64,000 bases of DNA from Syntrophales bacterium (GCA_026416455.1 JAOAFE010000003.1:79805-143804), one strand, 5' to 3'; positions 19,444 to 29,644 are shown, counted from the first letter of the stretch. A program made the numbers and translations. The notes: a model not told the origin generated them from the letters alone.

Positions 19444-20265
19444 TTTCTGTCGAGCAATGCTGGCTTGATTGGTATTGGGATAATCCTTAATAATTGTCTG
19501 GAATATGGCCCGGGCTGAAGTTTTGTCTCCCAGTTGAAGAAAGGCCAGACCCTGTTTTAACAGGGCATAAGGCAATTTGTTGCTGCCTGGATAGCCAGTG
19601 ATCACCTTTTCGTATTCTAGGACGGCCTGCTCGTAATTCTTCTCGTTAAAGTAGCATTCAGCGATCCAAAATTGAGCATTGGCGGCGTACTCTGATTGAG
19701 GATAAGCCTTCAAATAATTTTGGAATTCCTGCCTCGCTTGCTCGTATCTTCCAGCCCGAAAATTCTCATAAGCCGAGGCATATAAAGACTCTTTATCACT
19801 CTTACCTTTGACGCCCCCAGCGGGTGGGGGTTTTGCACCTCCATCTGTTTTCCCGATTCCTAAAAAGTTTTCTAAAAAATTGAGCCTTAAATGAGATTGC
19901 TCGACTTTGTCTCTAATCTCTTTTAACTCCTTTGGATCTACCAAACGCCCTTGGACAGCAGCAATTTCCTTCTGTATCGTCTCCAGTTGCCCCCTCAAAC
20001 GTCGCAATTGATCTCTTATTTCCGTAATTTCCGCCTTCGAGTCAGCATCGGCCTTACGTAAAGAGCCGATCATCGCATTGGTCTGTTCGATCTCTTTGCG
20101 TAAGGCCATCACTTCCTGTTGCACCCTTTGGGTGTGTTTTTCTTCTCCTTGAGAGATGCGCGCTTCTAACTCCGCGTGTAAACGCTTTAAATCGGATTCG
20201 GTGGCACATCCTCCGAAAATTAAAAGAAAAACTGTTATCCAAACAACTGGTGCGCTTCTCGGCAT
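19426..20265 (-). CDS. cpoB: Tol-Pal system protein CpoB/YbgF
   Basis: N-terminal coiled coil plus C-terminal TPR-like repeats (YPQSEYAANAQFWIAECYF; YPGSNKLPYALLKQGLAF). Follows pal. Confidence 0.85.
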   Translation of the reverse strand: MPRSAPVVWITVFLLIFGGCATESDLKRLHAELEARISQGEEKHTQRVQQEVMALRKEIEQTNAMIGSLRKADADSKAEITEIRDQLRRLRGQLETIQKEIAAVQGRLVDPKELKEIRDKVEQSHLRLNFLENFLGIGKTDGGAKPPPAGGVKGKSDKESLYASAYENFRAGRYEQARQEFQNYLKAYPQSEYAANAQFWIAECYFNEKNYEQAVLEYEKVITGYPGSNKLPYALLKQGLAFLQLGDKTSARAIFQTIIKDYPNTNQASIARQKLLEMK

Positions 20266-20268
20266 CTC

Positions 20269-20886
20269 TTACTCAATGATAAACTCGGCTCGCCGATTCT
20301 TGGCCCACGCCTCCTCGTTTTGTCTTGGGTCTATGGGACGCTCTTTCCCATAGCTAACGGTCTTTATACGCTCTGGCTCAACCCCTAAGCTCACAAGGTA
20401 CTTCTTTGCTTCGTTAGCCCTTCTTTCTCCAAGGGCCAAATTGTACTCTACGGTACCCCTTTCATCACAATGCCCTTCGATGGTTACTTTCGCGTCTTTG
20501 TTGTTCTTCAACCACTCCGCATGACGAGCCAAAATCTCCCGATCAGGTGGTCTAATGTTATATTTATCAAAGTCGAAGTGAATACTCTCTAGCGCCCTAA
20601 TCTTAGGAGCCACCTCTTTCACTGCTGCCGGTTCTACCTTGGCGACTGTGGTCGTTTCCTCAGCCGGGGCTTTTTTCTCCACTGTCGTTGTTGCTTCTAC
20701 GGCCGGTTTCTTTGTCTCTTCCGCTATTTTTGTCTCCTCTTTGGGCGTCGCTTTTTGCTCTATAGCCGCCTGTTTTTCTGGTACCCTAGTTTCTTGTCTT
20801 TCTACGGTAGTCGTCGCACAGCCGAATCCCATCACAAAAAAGAAAAAGACCGTAGCAACAGCGAGAAAGCGATCTAATCTTTTCAT
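20269..20886 (-). CDS. pal: peptidoglycan-associated lipoprotein Pal
   Basis: Lipobox MGFGC, an E/T/K/A/P-rich linker, and an OmpA_C domain (IEGHCDERGTVEYNLALGERRANEAKKYL). Confidence 0.9.
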   Translation of the reverse strand: MKRLDRFLAVATVFFFFVMGFGCATTTVERQETRVPEKQAAIEQKATPKEETKIAEETKKPAVEATTTVEKKAPAEETTTVAKVEPAAVKEVAPKIRALESIHFDFDKYNIRPPDREILARHAEWLKNNKDAKVTIEGHCDERGTVEYNLALGERRANEAKKYLVSLGVEPERIKTVSYGKERPIDPRQNEEAWAKNRRAEFIIE

Positions 20887-20960
20887 GAACGTCTCCTCCT
20901 TTCTTAATAATCTAATTAGCTTAAAGCACTTCTTTATACCTTCGTCAACGATAAATTACA

Positions 20961-22241
20961 TCATCTCTCCATTATAGGAGACCATGAGGGTTGCGATCCA
21001 ACGGCAACGAAGCGCTCGTTCGTACCATTGGCATTCATTATGACCACCTTTTCCTTTCCTCCCTCTCTCACAGTACAAGCGATGAACCTCCCGTCGGGTG
21101 ACCATGAAGGGCTTTTATGCTCCACGCCGCTAGTAATTTGAACCGGTTCTCCCCCCTCGAGGGCTTGAGAAAAAATCTGAAACTTTCCCTCCACCCGTCC
21201 CTCGTAGAGAATACGATTGCCACGAGGTGACCAGGCGGGTGAGGTATTGTAATTGCCAACAAAAGTAAGCCTCCGTACGTTAGATCCGTCGTAATCCATG
21301 ACGAAAATCTGGGGACTTCCGGAGCGATCTGAAACAAAGGCAATATATCGGCCATCAGGCGACCAAACAGGTGAAACATCTATATCCTGGTTAAAGGTAA
21401 GCCTCTTTCTCTTGCCCGACGAGACATCGATCACGTAAATTTCTTCATTTCCGTCGACACTTAGGGTGGCAAGGAGAGATTTCCCATCTTTAGACCACCC
21501 TCCCGGCAAGTTAAGTCCTGGAAGGGCTGAAAGGACCCGTAAGGAACCTTCACGAAAATCATAGATAAATAAATGGGGACTCTTATTCCGATAGGACATG
21601 AAGGCAACATAGCGTCCATCGGGAGACCAACGGGGAGAAAGCGATAGGCTGTTCAACTTCGTTATTTCCCTCATTTCCGTACCATCGAAATGGACCGTTC
21701 CGATTTCTGTCCCTTGACCCTTTCTCACGACAAAAGCCAGTTGTGTGAAGAAAATTCCTCCTTCTCCCGACAGGGCTTTCAGTATATCCCGGGCCATTTT
21801 TCTTACCATGTCCTTATTTTCATTTAAATTCCCCGGATACCTATTTGACTCTATTATTTCACCCTTCACGACGTCATAAAGGCGCATTTCTGCTAAATAC
21901 TTGGATTGATCTCGCACATAAGATCCGGTGATCAGGTATTCGGCCCCAATGGCCGACCAATTGGAAAAATCCACCTTTTCACCGGGTTTTTCCAAAAAGG
22001 CACGTGGAGGGATGATTGAAAAAAAACCAGTCATATTTAATAGGTTAGAGAGGTTCTCCGCCACTGCAGCGCCAAAACCCTCTGTCTCGTGAGAAGACAG
22101 AGATCTCAATTCTCCGACGGCGATGGGAATCCGTCGAAATTGCGGTGAATCGATGTCAATATAAATCCGACCCTGAACAGTGGACCAGAGGATTATACAA
22201 CTACCAACTACCAATATCGACATGATGAGTCTTTTTTTCAC
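20961..22241 (-). CDS. tolB: Tol-Pal system beta-propeller protein TolB
   Basis: Repeated SP.WSPDG blades and a TolB N-terminal domain. Confidence 0.9.
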   Translation of the reverse strand: MKKRLIMSILVVGSCIILWSTVQGRIYIDIDSPQFRRIPIAVGELRSLSSHETEGFGAAVAENLSNLLNMTGFFSIIPPRAFLEKPGEKVDFSNWSAIGAEYLITGSYVRDQSKYLAEMRLYDVVKGEIIESNRYPGNLNENKDMVRKMARDILKALSGEGGIFFTQLAFVVRKGQGTEIGTVHFDGTEMREITKLNSLSLSPRWSPDGRYVAFMSYRNKSPHLFIYDFREGSLRVLSALPGLNLPGGWSKDGKSLLATLSVDGNEEIYVIDVSSGKRKRLTFNQDIDVSPVWSPDGRYIAFVSDRSGSPQIFVMDYDGSNVRRLTFVGNYNTSPAWSPRGNRILYEGRVEGKFQIFSQALEGGEPVQITSGVEHKSPSWSPDGRFIACTVREGGKEKVVIMNANGTNERFVAVGSQPSWSPIMER

Positions 22242-22924
22242 CGGAAGGCCTCCTGGGAATGAAATCTAATACCTACTTCTATGCTTTCTTCCCGGAGACC
22301 AGGGGGGAATGGTGGTAAAGGATCCGCCTTTTGAACGGCCCTCAGGACAGAACGATCAAAATAGGCATTCCCCGAACTTCTCTCCATTTTTATGTCCACC
22401 AATTTGCCGTTTTTTAAAACCCTTAGATGAACAATGGCCTCCCATCGATCAGATGCAACGATACCGGGAGGGAGAATCCATTCACTCCGGACCTTTTCCC
22501 ACATTACTTTCAAATACTCATTGATAATATGTGGTCCTAATTGGTGGCTAGAAGCAGAACTCGGTGGCACACCCACATTTTCCTGAGCCGTTTTTTTTCT
22601 TATATCCTCCAATGCCTTCTTGACCTCTGGATTTTCATGGGCCTCTTTCTCAAGCCTCTTTATGGGTATGGGTACAGCCTCCCTCCTTACACTCAGGTTC
22701 CCCGTTTTTCCTAGATTCGAGATCCCTTCCAATCCCTCTCCGTAAGTCATGGGCGTAAAAGGCACCCGATCGACCAGTTTTACCTCGTAAACGGGCCCAA
22801 AGGTCAGACGATAAGAGGGGGCCAATTTCCATGATCCTCCTCCAACGATCACGAGGAGATGGAGAAGGGATGAAAAAATCAGCATTGTACCTAAACGTGG
22901 AGTCTGATGGAGAAAGGTACTCAT
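22238..22924 (-). CDS. tolA: TolA-like protein with TonB_C domain
   Basis: N-terminal TM anchor and a C-terminal YFDRSVLRAVQKADPLPPFP-type domain. Lies between tolR and tolB. Confidence 0.7.
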   Translation of the reverse strand: MSTFLHQTPRLGTMLIFSSLLHLLVIVGGGSWKLAPSYRLTFGPVYEVKLVDRVPFTPMTYGEGLEGISNLGKTGNLSVRREAVPIPIKRLEKEAHENPEVKKALEDIRKKTAQENVGVPPSSASSHQLGPHIINEYLKVMWEKVRSEWILPPGIVASDRWEAIVHLRVLKNGKLVDIKMERSSGNAYFDRSVLRAVQKADPLPPFPPGLREESIEVGIRFHSQEAFR

Positions 22925-23346
22925 GGCCTTTCCTGGGGCGGTTCCGTAATCATGCCGAGCCTATCGATTCCCGATTTTCTAACCTCCGCCATGACCTCGA
23001 CGACAAATCCATAGGGAACGCTTCTATCCGCCCGTAAAAACACCTCCCGCTCGAGCCGGTTCTGGAAGATTGCTCCTAGTTTAGGAGCTAAGCTCTCTAA
23101 GGGAACCTTCACTTTGTTTAAATATATTTCCTTCTCACTGTTTACGGTAATAACCAATTTTTCCTCACCGACATCGATACTCTTGGCTTGAACGCGCGGC
23201 AGGTTTACATCGATACCCATCTGCAGCATCGGAGCAGCAACCATAAAAATAATGAGCAAAACGAGAATAACGTCAACCAAAGGTGTAACGTTAATTTCGG
23301 ATAGCAATGAATATCCTTCCCGCCAGAATGATGGCCGCCGCCTCAT
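22921..23346 (-). CDS. tolR: TolR/ExbD biopolymer transport protein
   Basis: EINVTPLVDVILVLLIIFMV motif, 141 aa. Confidence 0.88.
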   Translation of the reverse strand: MRRRPSFWREGYSLLSEINVTPLVDVILVLLIIFMVAAPMLQMGIDVNLPRVQAKSIDVGEEKLVITVNSEKEIYLNKVKVPLESLAPKLGAIFQNRLEREVFLRADRSVPYGFVVEVMAEVRKSGIDRLGMITEPPQERP

Positions 23347-24026
23347 CGCACTAAATTCCTTTCGATGATATTGACGAGCTCCGAACCAAAAGCCTCCATT
23401 TCCAAAGTCAGAACCCGAGTTCGGTTAGTAAAGTAATTATAAAATATCACCGCCGGGATGGCAGCCGCCAATCCCATGGCAGTAGCAATTAACGCCTCCG
23501 AAATACCAGGGGCAACAACGGCCAAAGTTGCGGATCCCCGGAGACCGATTCCCCGGAAGGTGTCCATGATGCCCCAAACGGTGCCGAAGAGACCTATGAA
23601 AGGGCACGCGTTACCGGTAGTGGCGAGAAAAGGGAGAAAACTGTTTAACTTACCCGTTTCTGTACTTATAGCTCGTCCCACGGCTCTTTCTATAGTATCT
23701 ATAACCCTTAAATCGCCTGGACGTTCACTCACACCAGCATATTCTGTATAGGCGCTACGAAAGACCTCAGCCGCCGTTGAGTTCGAGTACTTCTTGGCCT
23801 CCGCATTGACCTCCGACAGTTTTTTCGCCCGTAGATAACCTTCGAAAAATTGGTCGTTTTCTTTCGTTATCCGTCGAAAAGAAAAAAGCTTCATGAAAAT
23901 TATCGCCCAGGAAATGATGGAAAAGAAGAGCAAAATTAACAGAACGACCTGCACGACCGGGCTAGCATCCAAGATCATGGCCAGGGCACTGGTATGAAAA
24001 TGTCCGCTTGTCGCTACCGCCGTCAT
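23343..24026 (-). CDS. tolQ: TolQ/ExbB proton-channel protein
   Basis: MotA/TolQ/ExbB pattern (GLFGTVWGIM, EALIATAMGLAAAIPAV). Confidence 0.88.
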   Translation of the reverse strand: MTAVATSGHFHTSALAMILDASPVVQVVLLILLFFSIISWAIIFMKLFSFRRITKENDQFFEGYLRAKKLSEVNAEAKKYSNSTAAEVFRSAYTEYAGVSERPGDLRVIDTIERAVGRAISTETGKLNSFLPFLATTGNACPFIGLFGTVWGIMDTFRGIGLRGSATLAVVAPGISEALIATAMGLAAAIPAVIFYNYFTNRTRVLTLEMEAFGSELVNIIERNLVR

Positions 24027-24052
24027 TTAAATCCCCCGAAATTTTTTGTTAA

Positions 24053-24081
24053 TTTGTAATGGAAAAAAAATGGGGTGTCAA
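24053..24081 (-). promoter_or_regulatory. candidate sigma70 promoter of the tol-pal operon
   Basis: On the minus strand: TTGACA, 17-nt spacer, TACAAA. About 27 nt upstream of the tolQ start. Confidence 0.45.
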
Positions 24082-24097
24082 CACTGCACTTCCCGCT

Positions 24098-25021
24098 TTA
24101 CAATTCCTCGGGCGCGAAGGTCACGCACAGACCAATCTCGGGTGCGCCAGTAAAAAGCATGACCAAACGATCGATACCCAAGGCGCAACCTGCTGCGCTC
24201 GATATGTGACCTAAACTGTGGAGAAATTTTTCGGGCATGGGATAGGGAATTTTGCCGAACTGGCGTCTTTTTTTTTCTTCTGCCTGAAAACGTTTACGCT
24301 GCTCTTCCGGATCCGTTAATTCAGAAAAAGCGTTCGCCAGTTCTATTCCCGCCATGTAAAGCTCAAACCTTTCCACCACCTTTTCGTTCCCTCTCTTTAC
24401 CCGCGCTAAAGCCCCGTGACTTACCGGGTAGTCGTACAGGAAGGTGGGCTTATTGACACCCAGATGGGGCTCCACCCAATCCACCAGCACCTCTTCGAAT
24501 GTATCCCTTTCCAGGGCCACGTCCAAGGATATTGGGGCATACCGATCAAAGGCTTCCTGCAAAGTCAAACGCTCCCAGGGGGGAGTAAGATCAACCGTTT
24601 GGCTTCCATAGGACAGCACAGGACCGTATTCCAATCTAGTGGCAAGAAATCCTATGAGTTTTTCACACTCGATCATTAAATCAAGATAATCAATACCTGT
24701 TCGATACCACTCGAGTAAGGTAAACTCAGGAAGATGGAGACGACCCCTTTCACCCCGGCGGTAACATTTGCAGATTTGAAAAATACGATCCCACCCCTCG
24801 GCCAACAATCTCTTCATGCATAGTTCAGGAGAGGTATGGAGAAACCAGGCCCCGGAGGGTTCGGCCTCGATGTTAAACTCCGGGGCTGGCGCGGGTATTC
24901 GATTGGGAGTTTCTACTTCCAGATAGCCTTCACGGTGAAAAAAATCCCTAATTATCTGGACAATAAGACCTCTTCGGCGCAGGATGTCCTTTCTTTTCAG
25001 TTTAACATCATTCTTTGACAC
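24098..25021 (-). CDS. epmA: EF-P (R)-beta-lysine ligase EpmA (PoxA/GenX)
   Basis: Class II LysRS-like catalytic core without an anticodon domain (YLEVETP, RGERGRLHLPEFTLLEWY, GCALGIDRL). Confidence 0.88.
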   Translation of the reverse strand: MSKNDVKLKRKDILRRRGLIVQIIRDFFHREGYLEVETPNRIPAPAPEFNIEAEPSGAWFLHTSPELCMKRLLAEGWDRIFQICKCYRRGERGRLHLPEFTLLEWYRTGIDYLDLMIECEKLIGFLATRLEYGPVLSYGSQTVDLTPPWERLTLQEAFDRYAPISLDVALERDTFEEVLVDWVEPHLGVNKPTFLYDYPVSHGALARVKRGNEKVVERFELYMAGIELANAFSELTDPEEQRKRFQAEEKKRRQFGKIPYPMPEKFLHSLGHISSAAGCALGIDRLVMLFTGAPEIGLCVTFAPEEL

Positions 25022-25571
25022 GGGTGAGGTATTCGCCGGTGCGCGTGTCGACTCGAATCTTGTCTCCTTGCTCGATGAAAGAAGGTACCTGCAAGACGTA
25101 ACCTGTTTCTACCGTGACTGGCTTCGTGTTTCCTGCCACGGTATCACCCTTCACCCACGGGTCAGCCTGGGTAACTACCAGGTCCACCGCGTTGGGTAAG
25201 GTGATGTCCAAGGGTTTGTCTCCAAAGAACAAAACCCCAACCTCAAGATTTTCTACTAGAAAATTCCTTGCTTCCCCCACCTGTTCCGCCGTCAGGTAAA
25301 CCTGCTCAAACGTTTCAGTATCCATAAAGCAGTATCTTCCTTCTTCCTCGTATAGGTATTGCATCTTCTTTTGTTGTAGATCCGCCGGCTCGAACACATC
25401 GACTGATCTAAAGGTGCGATCGAACTGAGCCCCAGTGATTAAATTCTTTAACTTACATCGATAAAGGGCTTGCCCTTTCCCAGGCTTTACAAAATTAAAA
25501 TCCGTTATTATATGAGGTTCCCCATCTAACTTAATGCGCAGCCCTTTTCTCAAATCGCTCGCCTCATACAT
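25008..25571 (-). CDS. efp: translation elongation factor P
   Basis: VKPGKGQALYRCKLKN loop with the modifiable Lys. A 187-aa product results if Met8 of the track ORF is the start. Overlaps epmA by 14 nt. Confidence 0.9.
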   Translation of the reverse strand: MYEASDLRKGLRIKLDGEPHIITDFNFVKPGKGQALYRCKLKNLITGAQFDRTFRSVDVFEPADLQQKKMQYLYEEEGRYCFMDTETFEQVYLTAEQVGEARNFLVENLEVGVLFFGDKPLDITLPNAVDLVVTQADPWVKGDTVAGNTKPVTVETGYVLQVPSFIEQGDKIRVDTRTGEYLTRVKE

Positions 25572-25624
25572 AAAGCACATAACCCCATGCATTTAATTGC
25601 TCGATCGAATATCTCATCTTACAC

Positions 25625-26647
25625 TTATTTGTCAAATCCTTCTCCATCGAGTGCGACCTTTCCCTGTCTTCCCGGCAGGTCCACTACATAACGAGGCAGA
25701 CAAAGGCCAGAAGTTGAAGACCAAATGCTTTTCATCAATTCCTTACCCTTCTCGATAGGTACCTGAAAATGTGTCGTTCCTCTTACCGGGTCACATTGAA
25801 ATAAATAATAGGGCCGCACGGATATACGCACAAGCGCTCGGAAAAGCGATTGCAACGTTATGAAATCATCGTTAATATCTTTTAGAAGAACGGATTGATT
25901 AGAAACGGGGATACCAGCGGAGATCAATCTTTCGCAGGCCATCTGAGACCAAGGGGTAATTTCCCGCGGATGGTTGAACTGGGTCATCACCCATAAAGGG
26001 CGATATTTCCTCAGCATACCAGCCAATCTTTTTGTAATCCTCATGGGCATTACCACTGGAATTCGGGTGCCAATTCTTATAACCTCCACCCGAGGTATCT
26101 TCCTAATCTGCCTTAACAGATATTCTAGCTTTCCATCCGGCAAGACCAAGGGGTCTCCTCCGGAAAGGATTACCTCCCTGATAGATGTCTCACGTTTTAG
26201 ATACGCCAAAATAGCCGGGAAAGATCTCTCTATTCTGATCGCTCCCCGGCCAGACCAGTATCGTTTCCGGTTACAATGGCGACAATAGACGGCACATAGG
26301 TGGGTCGTAAGAATCAGACAGCGATCTTCGTATCGACGAATGAGACCAGGAACAGGCATGTGTTCTTCTTCGCCAAGGGGATCTGGTTTCTCCGATGAGA
26401 GCCCAATTTCACTTTCGTCCGGGACGAACTGCCGATAAATGGGATCCAAAATATCCCCCGGCACGGCCAAGGAAAAAAAATAAGGGGTAACGGAAATAGG
26501 GTAGACTTGAGCAACCTTATTCCATTGTTCGTACGTAGCGGTAGAAACCCCGGTCATTTCGGCCAGGGCCTTCGGCGACTTTATTCGTCTCCTCCATTGA
26601 TAACGCCAGTTAGAAGTTGCATTAAAAGCCTGCTTCATATATGCCAA
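25625..26647 (-). CDS. epmB: EF-P beta-lysylation protein EpmB (lysine 2,3-aminomutase family, radical SAM)
   Basis: CAVYCRHCNRKR radical-SAM cluster motif and a KamA-family layout. Adjacent to efp. Confidence 0.88.
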   Translation of the reverse strand: MAYMKQAFNATSNWRYQWRRRIKSPKALAEMTGVSTATYEQWNKVAQVYPISVTPYFFSLAVPGDILDPIYRQFVPDESEIGLSSEKPDPLGEEEHMPVPGLIRRYEDRCLILTTHLCAVYCRHCNRKRYWSGRGAIRIERSFPAILAYLKRETSIREVILSGGDPLVLPDGKLEYLLRQIRKIPRVEVIRIGTRIPVVMPMRITKRLAGMLRKYRPLWVMTQFNHPREITPWSQMACERLISAGIPVSNQSVLLKDINDDFITLQSLFRALVRISVRPYYLFQCDPVRGTTHFQVPIEKGKELMKSIWSSTSGLCLPRYVVDLPGRQGKVALDGEGFDK

Positions 26648-26653
26648 CCAATC

Positions 26654-26941
26654 ATGAATTGGAGAACTGCACTTACCGTTTACTTTATTTTTGTTGTCTT
26701 GGGGGGCATTTTCTACTTTTCTTTCTCTAAACCCGTGTTTATCATTTTTCTAGCCGCACTAATTTTCTTTCTCTATATTTTTACTATATTCATTGTGGCC
26801 GAGGCCAAAGAAAAACCCATCAATTGGAAAAGTTTTATTATCTTTCTCCGGTTTCGCCGATGGAGTATCATTTTATTTGCCTTCTCCCTGCTCATCTTGT
26901 CTATCCTTATTATTTTCAGCGGGCGTCAGACGGTAAGATGA
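26654..26941 (+). CDS. small hydrophobic membrane protein (hypothetical)
   Basis: 95 aa from the ATG at 26654 with three hydrophobic helices. The track's upstream extension overlaps epmB. No recognised family. Confidence 0.35.
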   Translation: MNWRTALTVYFIFVVLGGIFYFSFSKPVFIIFLAALIFFLYIFTIFIVAEAKEKPINWKSFIIFLRFRRWSIILFAFSLLILSILIIFSGRQTVR

Positions 26942-28128
26942 AGGCGAGAAGAACGAATTCCTTTCAAGATAAGAAAAATGGCAAACACGAGAAGACCACT
27001 GAATCCTATCCATACGTAAGAATAATTTCCTAAACGATCGAAGAACCATCCGGTTACGGTGGGACCCACAATCCCTCCCAGGGCAGAAAAGCCCATTAAA
27101 ATGCCCATAAGGGAACCAAAATCTCTTTTATCGTATAAATGAGCCACAATCGTACCTCGAAGCACCGTAAGTCCTCCAAAACCCAAGGGAAAAAAGATGA
27201 GAAAGCCAAAAGCAAAGAGGGGGTAGCAAACGAACGTCAAAGACGCCATGCCTGCTGCCATGACGAGGAAGGCGCAAGCAGTTACTTTAGCGGTATCGTA
27301 CCTATCAGCCAACCAACCGAAGAGAAATCGCCCCCCGATTGAGACAAGGGGAATGGAGGCAGCCATGAACCCAGCCCGGTTTCTTGGGATACCTATCTGG
27401 GACAGAAAGGGCATAATATGAACGACGACCGAGGTCAGGACTAAAAAACGTAAAGTTTCTGCGAGATTAATCAGGAGAAAGGGTGGGTATTTTAGATAAC
27501 TTAAATAGGGAACCCGGGGCCGATTTAAACCATGATCCTGTTTGATATTGTCAGCCCCACAGGCATAACTGTCGGGATGTTCACGGAGCATCAGGACCAG
27601 CGGTATGCCCACAGTCCACATGACCAAACCTAAAATGACTAGCGCCTCTCGCCACCCGCGGAGATCCACGAGAAAAACGATGAAGGGAATTAAAAGACCG
27701 CTTGCTCCGAAGCCAGAACTCATAACGGCCAAGGCCTTCCCTAAATGTCTTTTGAACCAACGTGCGACAATAGTCATGGTCACTACGCTCGTACACCCGC
27801 CCGCTCCGAAAGCAATGAGGAGCATGACTAAATAAAAGGTCGTCAATGAGTTTATCTGACCCAGTAGGATGAGCCCCAACCCCAAGATGGTCATCCCGGC
27901 AAAGAGGATGCGTTTGGCCCCCCAGCGGTCAGCGAGATACCCCACCAACGGTGCTAAAAGCCCCATTTCCATTCCTCTAATGCTGGAAGCCAAGGATACT
28001 TGGGTATATGACCATTGGAAATCTTTAACGATCGGCTCAAAAAAAGCGGTGAATCCATAAAAGACCGTTCCGCTCACCATTAAGCTGATAAAAAAACAGG
28101 CTATAACGATCCACCAACCGTAAAACAT
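26926..28128 (-). CDS. MFS transporter
   Basis: 400 aa with about 12 TM helices and an MFS loop motif (GYLADRWGAKR). Confidence 0.8.
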   Translation of the reverse strand: MFYGWWIVIACFFISLMVSGTVFYGFTAFFEPIVKDFQWSYTQVSLASSIRGMEMGLLAPLVGYLADRWGAKRILFAGMTILGLGLILLGQINSLTTFYLVMLLIAFGAGGCTSVVTMTIVARWFKRHLGKALAVMSSGFGASGLLIPFIVFLVDLRGWREALVILGLVMWTVGIPLVLMLREHPDSYACGADNIKQDHGLNRPRVPYLSYLKYPPFLLINLAETLRFLVLTSVVVHIMPFLSQIGIPRNRAGFMAASIPLVSIGGRFLFGWLADRYDTAKVTACAFLVMAAGMASLTFVCYPLFAFGFLIFFPLGFGGLTVLRGTIVAHLYDKRDFGSLMGILMGFSALGGIVGPTVTGWFFDRLGNYSYVWIGFSGLLVFAIFLILKGIRSSRLHLTV

Positions 28129-28134
28129 TTTAAT

Positions 28135-29532
28135 TTAACTGGCTCTCCGTCTTTTAAACTCTGCGTAGCGAACTATATAGGAGAGAGATCGGATGGCCTG
28201 GCGGGTGGTCGAGAAAAAAGGAAGGCCATGTTTACCTGCTAATTGACCAAATTCTCTTACCAATTCTGGAATAGGACCGTACGACCATAGGACGATGGGC
28301 TTTTCCTTATTAGCCGCTATATAGGTCAAAATTTCCTCGTAAAATAGAGGATGGGCCATGGGAGAAACGTAAGTATTTAGGTATATCATATCCACCCCCT
28401 CGTCCCCCTGGAGAATATTGTAACACTCTCGAATCAAGTGGAAAATTTCAGCTCCGACAACGGCCGACGCAGGTCCAACATCCACAGGGTGACCTCCTAA
28501 AGTGTCATGCATCGTTTTCAATCGTTCCCGACTGTCCCCGTTAAGGTTGGCGACCTGCAAACCTAAATCTGCCGCCAAATCTATGCTCTGGATTCCTACT
28601 GCCCCAGAAAAGGTGATAATACCCAATCTGTTACCCTTCGGCAAATGGCAAAAGAGAAAAGGTAAGGCTCCGTCTCGCAAATCTTCATACTCCTCAACGG
28701 GGATGATACCCGCTTGTATCATGAGTGCTCGATACAACTCATTATTCCCCGCCAGCGAACCTGTGTGTGAGGCCATCGCCCGTTCTGCTACGGGGGATTT
28801 GCCGGGTTTAAGGCACAAAATCGGCTTTTCCTTCGAGACCGCCTGCGCCGTGGAGAGAAATTCCCGCGGCCTTCGGGTATGCTCCATATAGATAGAGATA
28901 ACCTTCGTCGTCTCATCTTGGGCAAGATACTCAAGGCAGTCCGTCTCATCTATGTCACACATATTTCCTAAATCTATTATTTTATTAACACCCGGCGGAT
29001 ATTCATGCCATGCCACCGCTTGGGGACCGTACATCCCCGTCTGGGTAATCACTGCAAGCCCTCCTACTTTTTCGTCAGGATAGGCCCGATCATACGGAAT
29101 AGTTGTCACTCGATCGACCGCATTGAATACACCTACGGTATTAGGCCCCACCACCCTGATTCCATAAGAACTGGCGAGGGAAATTAATTCTTGTTCCCTT
29201 GCCCGCCCAGATGGGCCCGATTCACCGAATCCATCAGATACGACGATAACAGCCTTAATCCCCTTTTCTCCACACTCGCGTATAATCGCAGGGACGTGGC
29301 GATAAGATGTAATGATGACGGCCAAATCTGGTATCTCAGGAATATCTTTCACGTTTTTCCAGACCTTGACTCCGAACACCTTATCCGCCGTCGGATGTAC
29401 TGGATAGATTCGACCCGCATATTGCCAGGCGAGCAAATCTCTGACAATTACCCCCGCCCCGAAAGGGCTATGTTCGGCCATACTTCCGAAGAGAACAATA
29501 CTTTTCGGTTTTAGAAACGAGTTTGGTATCAT
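28135..29532 (-). CDS. CoA-binding protein resembling the alpha part of NDP-forming acyl-CoA synthetase
   Basis: CoA-binding N-terminus, GPNTVGV, and a phosphohistidine-type loop MASHTGSLAG. No ATP-grasp (beta) part in the ORF or in neighbouring genes. Confidence 0.7.
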   Translation of the reverse strand: MIPNSFLKPKSIVLFGSMAEHSPFGAGVIVRDLLAWQYAGRIYPVHPTADKVFGVKVWKNVKDIPEIPDLAVIITSYRHVPAIIRECGEKGIKAVIVVSDGFGESGPSGRAREQELISLASSYGIRVVGPNTVGVFNAVDRVTTIPYDRAYPDEKVGGLAVITQTGMYGPQAVAWHEYPPGVNKIIDLGNMCDIDETDCLEYLAQDETTKVISIYMEHTRRPREFLSTAQAVSKEKPILCLKPGKSPVAERAMASHTGSLAGNNELYRALMIQAGIIPVEEYEDLRDGALPFLFCHLPKGNRLGIITFSGAVGIQSIDLAADLGLQVANLNGDSRERLKTMHDTLGGHPVDVGPASAVVGAEIFHLIRECYNILQGDEGVDMIYLNTYVSPMAHPLFYEEILTYIAANKEKPIVLWSYGPIPELVREFGQLAGKHGLPFFSTTRQAIRSLSYIVRYAEFKRRRAS

Positions 29533-29592
29533 AGGGGGGCTACATATTTTTTTTGGCCCGTATTATCAAGATGTTTTTTTCATCGTATCCAA

Positions 29593-29621
29593 TTGACCGC
29601 AAGACCATGTTTGTTTATCCT
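29593..29621 (+). promoter_or_regulatory. candidate sigma70 promoter
   Basis: TTGACC, 17-nt spacer, TATCCT. Lies 24 nt upstream of the ATG at 29645. Confidence 0.35.
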
Positions 29622-29644
29622 ATGCAAAAAGGAAAGGAGTCTCT

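Noticed and set aside
26507-26653. N-terminal 49 codons of the track ORF 26507-26941
   Set aside because: They overlap the 5' end of epmB on the opposite strand. The hydrophobic protein plausibly starts at the ATG at 26654.
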